Notes under the pieces: generated by a model
Told to the model about the DNA's origin: nothing
Database searches by the model: none
The model's input: the letters and a program-made list of their open reading frames with translations, nothing else
Position numbers and translations under genes: made by a program
Shown: one piece after another, positions 55,513 to 64,000 of the stretch
Layout: each line of letters opens with the position of its first letter
Position numbering within the stretch: the first letter of the stretch is position 1
Assembly (NCBI RefSeq): GCF_009914755.1
Contig: NC_060932.1
Source of the DNA: the human T2T-CHM13v2.0 reference genome, Homo sapiens
Strand: one strand, 5' to 3'
DNA: 64,000 nucleotides

Positions 55513-57399
55513 AGAGCAGCCTGGTCCAGAACCCATGATATAGAGGGTGTGGTCACAGACAACCAGGGAAGTCTGACTCTGTTGGAGAAGACCAACTTGG
55601 GGTAATTGGGTGTCTTGGCAAATGGATCATGGTGACCAAAAATCCAAGATCTGGAAATAACCAGGTATCTAAGCAGGTAGAAAGGCCAGTGATTTCAGCA
55701 AGCTTGTAAGCAGGTAAACAGTTCTCAGTTCTGGGCAAAAGTTCAAAATCACATTTCAATTCTTGAGCTACCAGGCAAGTAGAGGTCACCATTTCCCCAT
55801 TTCCCATTCATAGAATGTCAAGGGAATTAGGCAGTTTATCAAGAGGGAAATTAGTTATTCGAAATGAGAAATGTGGTGCAAACTGGTCTTAGCTTGGCAT
55901 AAGCCCAGTTGTTAGAACTAGGGTGCTATGTCAGGACAAGAGTAGCAATAAGTGGACTCAAGTGAGTTGCAGAGTGTTGCATTAGAGCTCTTTGGATACT
56001 TACTGTTTAATTTAGACTACAGGGTGAATGATGTCACCTAGAACTATGTAGTGTGCAATCTACACAGTCGTATGTGGCAGGGCTGTGTCTAGAGATGGCA
56101 CTAGTTCTTGGGAAAGGAGGGTTGCAGAGGTGGAGAACAGAATGAAGGAGGAGTTGCCTAAAAATTTTGGATAGCGGCAATGGCAGTAACCAGAAGTAGA
56201 TATGGAAGCCTTTATGGCCTCTAGAATTCATTGCTTCAAACCATTGTATCTATTATAGTGCTGGGCTTATGTTAGATAGTCAATAGAAGCTCACTGGACT
56301 ACAATAAAACTGCAGGCTGCAACGATTCATTTTAATACTGTCTGTCCTACTCATCTCAAAAACTGCCCTCAAGGACAGAAGCCCTGCTTTTTCTTTTGAA
56401 CCGAGCACCAGAAACAGGTGCACACACATAAGCACACCAGGAAGAGATGAAGCTATGACCTTGGCACTTCCTTTTTTGTTTTACTGAGTTTAAAGTATGT
56501 TTTTAGTCTCATGGTAATTCATCATGGGTGGGTAGACTTCAGCTATATATTTTTTTTTAAACCTCTGTTTCATGAAGCTACTTTGTGATGTGGTTTTACG
56601 ATTTTGATGAAAGCTAAGCACAGGCTTTCCGTAAAAATAGATATGTACATAACCATAATTTTTGCATACAATTTTGGAGTTTCATTGAGTTTTTGTTTCT
56701 CATGAATCCCAGTTCTTAAAACTACTAGGAGAGATTATAGGCCAGGCCTGGTGGCTCATACCTGTAATCCCAGCACTTTGGGAGGCTGAGGCAGGAGGAT
56801 TGCTTGAGGCCAGGAATACCCTGCTCCAAAAAAAATTTAAAAATAAAACATTGTAATTGTGATCTCAATAAAATAATATTGTTTCTTCTCATATGGAACT
56901 CATTGCAATATCTGATTTTCTTTTTGAGCAGTATTTTAAAATAACATTTATTAGGGGGTAGCATTTATCTTCATGGCTGAGTTACTATCTAGGTTATCTG
57001 ACCGAAAAATGTTCTTAAGAAGGAATTAGAGAATTAGGGAAGAAATATAACTAGTAAACAATTTCCGTCTTCACTAAATTACTAAATGTTTTAAGAAAGA
57101 GATTTAATTATTTTACCTATCATATTAGCAAAGATTTAAAAAATTATAATATTTAATTCTAGCAAGGGTGCATGTAACAAAAATGTTGGCAAATGAAATT
57201 TATATTATTGGCCAGAAATCTCTCTGGCCAGATGTAAGAAGAGATTTAAAAGGGTGTGAATTCTTTAATTTAGTAATTGCCTTGGGAGCTGAGGATTCCT
57301 AAATATTCCTAAATACGAAAAAAGCTTTATCCCCAAAGATGTGAGTAGCAGCATTATTCATATGAGGAGAATAGGGAATATTCAAAAAATATTTTAGAG

Positions 57400-57752
57400 C
57401 AGCGATCCCCAACCCCTAAGCTGTGGACTGGTACTGGTCCATGGCCTGTTAGGAACCTGACCACACAGTAGGAGGTGAGCAGTGGGAGAGCAAACATTAT
57501 CGCCTGAGTTCCACCTCCTGTCGGATCGGCAGCGGCATTAAATTCTCATAGGACTGCGAACCCTATTGTGAACTGTGCATGTGAGGGATCTAGGTTGTGC
57601 GCTTCCTATGAGAATGTAATGCCTGATGATCTGAGGTGGAACAGTTTCATCCCGAAACCACCCATCATCCCCCTCCCTTTACCCTTCCAAGTTCATGGAA
57701 AAATTGTCTTCCACAAAACCGATCCCTATGCTGAAAAGGTTGATGACCACTG
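57400..57752 (+). mobile_element. MER1B-like hAT-Charlie non-autonomous DNA transposon
   Basis: Termini cagcgatccccaacc and ggttgatgaccactg (imperfect TIRs); perfect 8-bp TSD ttttagag at 57392-57399 and 57753-57760. Confidence 0.9.
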
Positions 57753-59939
57753 TTTTAGAGGACTAGGTGGGTGAACCATAGTATATCTACTTGGATCCCC
57801 TGAAAATGCTTACAAAGACGTCTGGTAACATGGAAAAATCCTTCTATTATTAACTGAAAAAAAAAATCAAGATATAATGTATCTTTGTATTTTGGAAAAC
57901 AGAAATGAATAGCAAAAAGACTGGATTTGCTCTCAATTGTTACTTTAGAATTTTGTGAGGTTTTAAAGTGATTTTATTTTATTTTTTCTTGTTACTTCCC
58001 TTTTTTTTTTTTTTTTTTTTTTTGCAAAGGTTAGGGAGAAGAGGTCTTGCTCTGTTGCCCATGCTGGTCTCGAACTCCTGGGCTTAAGCCATCTTCCCAC
58101 ATTCTAAACTTTAGCCTCCTAACATTGTGGGATTACAGGCTTGAACCACAGTATCCAGCCGATTTTAATTTTTTATTTTTCTACATTTATTATCTATATT
58201 GTCTTTAATGAGCCCTTATTACTTGCAAAAAGGAAAACGGGGAAAAAATAACAAATTGTATTAGGTAGTCATCCAAGAATAATAGTGGTATTTTGATTCT
58301 TGTACTTGAGTGCCCATCTAAATCAGGATAGTCCTAGTTTTCTGTGATTCTGTGATTTCTTGCTAAGCAGAGGCTGGGTGAAGACACCTGGGTTTCCTGT
58401 GTGACAGTTCCTGGAGAAGGAGTTTGTGGGGAGGCAGTACTTCAAAGCGCAGTCAGGCAGGTGGCCTGTGGCCTGTGGGGGTAGCATTTGACATGACGGA
58501 GAGCATTTCAGTAGACTGCTGGAAGGAGCATGGAGATAGCTTAACACCCCTGGAAACTGATTATCGGATTGTCATCCTGGGGATGTTCCTGTCTGTTTAA
58601 TGAAAATGTCAGATCTCCTATGTGACATAGGAGACTTTCTCCCTCAGCTCATATGCCTCCTACCAAATCATCTTTTGTTCCCCTAGGAGGAAAATCTCTT
58701 AATAAATGCTTTTCTCCTAATGGATGATGACCTCCATCTCATTCAAATTCAAAATAACCTTTTTTTTAACCTCCAAATACATGATCTTATTTGATCTTGA
58801 TGATTTGATCTTTGAGGTAGGAATTAGCTGCAGTTTGAGGATGAGGAAACTGAGAAAAGGTCTTCTTATGGAGAGGGCAATGCGCTTATCTGTAAATGGT
58901 GGCGTTTAAGGCTTCATTTTTTTGTCGCATATCATATAATACCAGTGAAAACAACAATAATATCTGCTACTTACAGAGCCCATTCTGTGCGTTCGGCCCT
59001 GTTTCAATAGTTTTTCCTAATTGAGGTCATTTAATTCCCTCAATAATTAAGCTTGTGGAACAGGCCAGCCCTGATATTTGTAAAGAACCTTCTGGAAGGA
59101 TCTTGGAGTCCTTATCCTGGTGATCTTTTTGGAGAAAGGATGGGTTTGTCTTTTTCTTGGGAAACCACCAGATTGTCAAATAACTGGAAAAAGTCAAGCG
59201 GGGAGACAGCGCTAGTAAGTTTGCAGGCAGAGCACACGTTAGAGAGGTGTTCACTTTGGCCACTTGTCACTACACCCTTTTTGCCCTCGTGCACCAGGAC
59301 CTGAACGGTTTTCCTTGTAGGTGCACACATCTAACCAAGGAGGGTTTGTTTTGGGGTGACAGGAAGGGGTAGGGATGCAGGTTTGAGAATTTTTGTTTTA
59401 CTGTCTTTTCCTGATAGAATGCAAAGAGGAGGGGTCACTTTGGGGATGGGGGGATGAGGGGGGATGTGGAGTCCTTTGGGGGCTAGTGTGTGGTGGTGGC
59501 ACATACATCTGCATGTGCACACCAATGCACGCGTGTGTGTTTTGGTGGGACTGTTAGGGGATGATGCTGGAGACAGAGGAAGGCTAACATGCATATTTCT
59601 GGAGATTCTGCCTGGTCCCATCGCTGTGTCTGGCACCTGATGCAGCATGTAACACCGGGTGGGGCCCTTAGCCAGCGTTTGCTCTGTTCACTTGAACTCA
59701 ACCCCTATAAAGCTGGAGGGCACTGACAGGCTCCACCGGCAGTAGCGAGGCCGCTGGAGTTTCCTCCCTTTTTTCATAGAGCCGCTGCTGCCCCCTTCTG
59801 GGGTTTATAGGTTGTTTCTGGGAGGAAATAAGTAACTCGGCTTCATCCTTCACATACTGTGAAGCTTGGTGCTCCGAGTCCCACAACTCTTTAAATTTTT
59901 TTAAAAGTTTTATTCACAATAGCAAAGTCACAACTCTTT

Positions 59940-61170
<1,231 letters not shown>

Positions 61171-61732
61171 CAAAGCGACCCAGTAGCTTGTATTCTGAGA
61201 AAAGCCCCATTTCTGAAGGCAATACATATCTTAGAGGATTTACAGTGGGATTTGGCTTTAATAGGGCTGGAATTGAAAGTGGGATTATTCTGTTCAGATA
61301 GTTACAGTGGAAAGGCAACTATGTTGAGAGTGAGGAGAACTCGAATCTCTACCAGCCATAAACCTTGGGCTTTGGCTTTCTGGGCCTCATTTTCCTTTTT
61401 TATAAAACTAGGAGGCTAGACTGGATCAGTTGTTTTCTGGAGGGGGTGATGGACTTCAGCAGCGGATAGGGTCTTAAACTTTCCCCTTCCTCACAGCCTG
61501 TGCCTCATTTCAGAGCAGCTCCACTTTGAGCGGTTTTATTTATTGGGTGTCAAATAAGATATTGCAGGGAAAACATGTCCTTAAAAGTCTGAAAGCTACT
61601 GGACTAGATGATTTCTGGGATGCTTTCTACCCCTAATGGTGTAATTTTATAAACTTAATATTGAGTCAGAGACTTGGAAGCTGAAATCATAGTGCCTAAA
61701 ATTTCTTGGTAAGAGCCATGGATGTTTTGCAG

Positions 61733-61810
61733 GCAGACAGTCCAGAAGACATGCACAGCTGGATTAAGGAGATTGGCGCAGCTGTCCAGGCCCTCAAGTG
61801 CCACCCCAGA
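61733..61810 (+). CDS. PLEKHA2: Coding exon 10 (78 nt, PH2 C-terminal helix)
   Basis: ttttgcag|GCA, ADSPEDMHSWIKEIGAAVQALKCHPR, AGA|gtaagt. Confidence 0.95.
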
Positions 61811-62025
61811 GTAAGTCACTTCCTTTCTGTTGCACAGTGTCAACTCAGAGATGAATTCCTCTCAAGCAGGCATGTTTTATTTGGTGATGTAGGCAAGCAG
61901 CCTGGTCCCGAGATGCAGCTGAAGCCCCAGGCTGTCTTGCTTGTTTTTCTCATTCTACTAATTTGGGTACACATTTTTATTTTTCTCCGTTTGGTTGTGG
62001 GAGGAGGTGAGGTAGGGTTAGATAG

Positions 62026-62341
<316 letters not shown>

Positions 62342-62561
62342 GAGAAACAGAATTTCTGATATGTCCTGCAAGTTTCACTGCCAGGCTGACGTTGACACAT
62401 TTGGAGTGAATCCTGTTGACTGTATTTCATTTTTGTAGGCAAGCATCCTTGGACTTATGAGGTGGTGATCCTGGTTGGGTACTCTTTCTGGGACTCTGTG
62501 ATAAACATTGTCTGAAAAGCCCTAACTTTCTTTTGTCTTTTTCTTCCTTTTATTTTTATAG

Positions 62562-62924
62562 GAAACGTCCTTTTCTAGATCCATTTCTTTGACCCGACCT
62601 GGAAGCTCCAGCCTTTCAAGTGGGCCCAACTCTATCCTGTGCAGGGGGCGGCCACCTTTGGAGGAAAAGAAAGCCCTCTGCAAAGCCCCCTCTGTGGCCT
62701 CCTCCTGGCAGCCCTGGACACCTGTCCCCCAGGCTGGGGAGAAGCTGCTTCCACCTGGAGACACTTCAGAGGACTCCTTGTTCACGCCTCGTCCTGGGGA
62801 GGGCAGCGCTCCTGGGGTGCTGCCCAGCTCCCGGATAAGGCACAGATCGGAGCCCCAGCACCCCAAGGAGAAGCCGTTTATGTTCAACCTTGATGATGAA
62901 AACATACGGACCTCTGATGTGTGA
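62562..62924 (+). CDS. PLEKHA2: Last coding exon (120 aa + TGA, PDZ ligand TSDV)
   Basis: Long pyrimidine tract, tttatag|GAA, ETSFSRSISLTRPG...DENIRTSDV*. Confidence 0.96.
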   Translation, partial: ETSFSRSISLTRPGSSSLSSGPNSILCRGRPPLEEKKALCKAPSVASSWQPWTPVPQAGEKLLPPGDTSEDSLFTPRPGEGSAPGVLPSSRIRHRSEPQHPKEKPFMFNLDDENIRTSDV

Positions 62925-62940
62925 TGGAGCACAGTGCCAT

Positions 62941-62962
62941 GGGAGGGAGGGAGGGAGGGAGG
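62941..62962 (+). repeat. (GGGA)5GG, predicted G-quadruplex
   Basis: Five GGG runs with 1-nt loops. Confidence 0.85.
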
Positions 62963-63081
62963 ACTTGAGAGAAGGAGGCTGTGACTCAGTTTCTCTACCT
63001 TGTTGGAGGGTAGTCAGAGGCCTTTATGTCACTCATATTCCTGTGGATGCTCTTTGGGAGGGAGGGGCCCATCCAGCTGGG

Positions 63082-63082
<1 letters not shown>

Positions 63083-63118
<36 letters not shown>
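63083..63118 (+). repeat. (TG)18 microsatellite in the 3' UTR
   Basis: Seen directly. Confidence 0.97.
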
Positions 63119-63124
<6 letters not shown>

Positions 63125-63655
63125 CAACGCAGTGTATTTAATTTGGGGAAGTCACTAGGTTAGAACTGTAGGCATACTCAGTGGAGAGGAAGCTACCTAT
63201 TCTATTCTAACTATTCTGAGGTCTTCCTGGAGAGGGATTGTTTTAGCAGCTCCTCTCCAGAGGGGGCTGGAAGTCCAGTTTCACCAATGACCAAGTTTTA
63301 TTTCCTTGTCCTTGTTTTAGTTTTTTCATTTTGTTTTCAGTCCAGGTGCCTCGCAGCTCTTTTGGAATGGGCCAGCATTAGTCTAATTTTAAGCGCTATG
63401 TGTTTTGTACCCTTGCAAACTTGCTTTCTCTTTCTTCTTGCTGTTGCCCTTTGAATGAAGCCTTGTGTGCTTGCATGATCAGACCCTGTAATAGGATGAA
63501 TTTCCATGCACTTAACATGAAGAGATACAAAAAGAATCTAGAGAGAGATATATATTTTTAATGAAATAGAAGCTTGGCATAGAAACATTGATTTAGATGT
63601 TATGAGTTGCTGGCCAGAGATTCCTCAGATAAAAGAGCCTAGAAAATTGAGTTTT

Positions 63656-63955
63656 GAGCGGGCATGGTGGCTCACGCCTGTAATGCCAGTAGTTTGGGAG
63701 GCTGAGGCGGGTGGATCACCTGAGGTCAGGAGTTCGAGATCAGCCTGGCCAACATGGTGAAACCCCGCCTCTACTAAAAAATATGCAAAATTAGCCGGGC
63801 GTGGTGGTGCAGGCCTGTAATCCCAGCTACTCAGAGGCTGAGGCAGGAGATTCACTTGAACCCAGGAGGTGGAGGTTGCAGTGAGCCAAGATCGCGCCAT
63901 TGCACTCCAGTCAGGGCAACAAGAGTGAAACTCCGTCTCAAAATATAAAAGAAAA
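63656..63955 (+). mobile_element. Alu (S-like) in the 3' UTR
   Basis: Sense body, TSD-like agaaaattgagt. Confidence 0.9.
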
Positions 63956-64000
63956 TTGAGTGTCCCACCCAAATTTTAGGGCGTACCTCCTTCCATTTGA

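Larger units (their letters stand above)
62925..64000 (+). other. PLEKHA2: 3' UTR (appears to continue beyond the window)
   Basis: Follows the stop codon; I saw no clear AATAAA poly(A) signal before the window end. Confidence 0.75.

Noticed and set aside
62522-62932. 136-aa antisense ORF over the last exon
   Set aside because: Expected shadow ORF opposite a GC-rich coding exon.
62922-62981. Stop-codon readthrough extension that would mask the PDZ motif
   Set aside because: The context TGA-TGG is not the leaky TGA-CTAG type; nothing else supports it.

Overview
Human (primate) genomic DNA, very Alu-rich, lying inside the + strand gene PLEKHA2 (TAPP2, tandem PH-domain protein 2). The window starts in the intron upstream of the first coding exon; no promoter, CpG island or first exon is visible. 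It contains all 11 coding exons (join 10855-10995, 29140-29196, 36932-36980, 39268-39365, 43998-44138, 45314-45460, 45784-45852, 46445-46515, 50471-50534, 61733-61810, 62562-62924 = 1278 nt, 425 aa + stop, all introns GT-AG with matching phases) and ends in the 3' UTR. The rest is intron filled with Alu, L1, MaLR LTR, MER DNA-transposon, MIR/L2 and simple repeats. Exons are numbered here by coding order, and repeat boundaries are approximate unless a TSD is quoted. I found no evidence for a new gene or multi-gene system. The best leads are RNA-level regulatory features: a recursive-splice-type exon, an AUG-stop element in the 5' UTR, a stop/start overlap followed by a G-quadruplex and a UG repeat in the 3' UTR, CA-rich and GCAYG arrays in an intron, and several atypical retrotransposition footprints.
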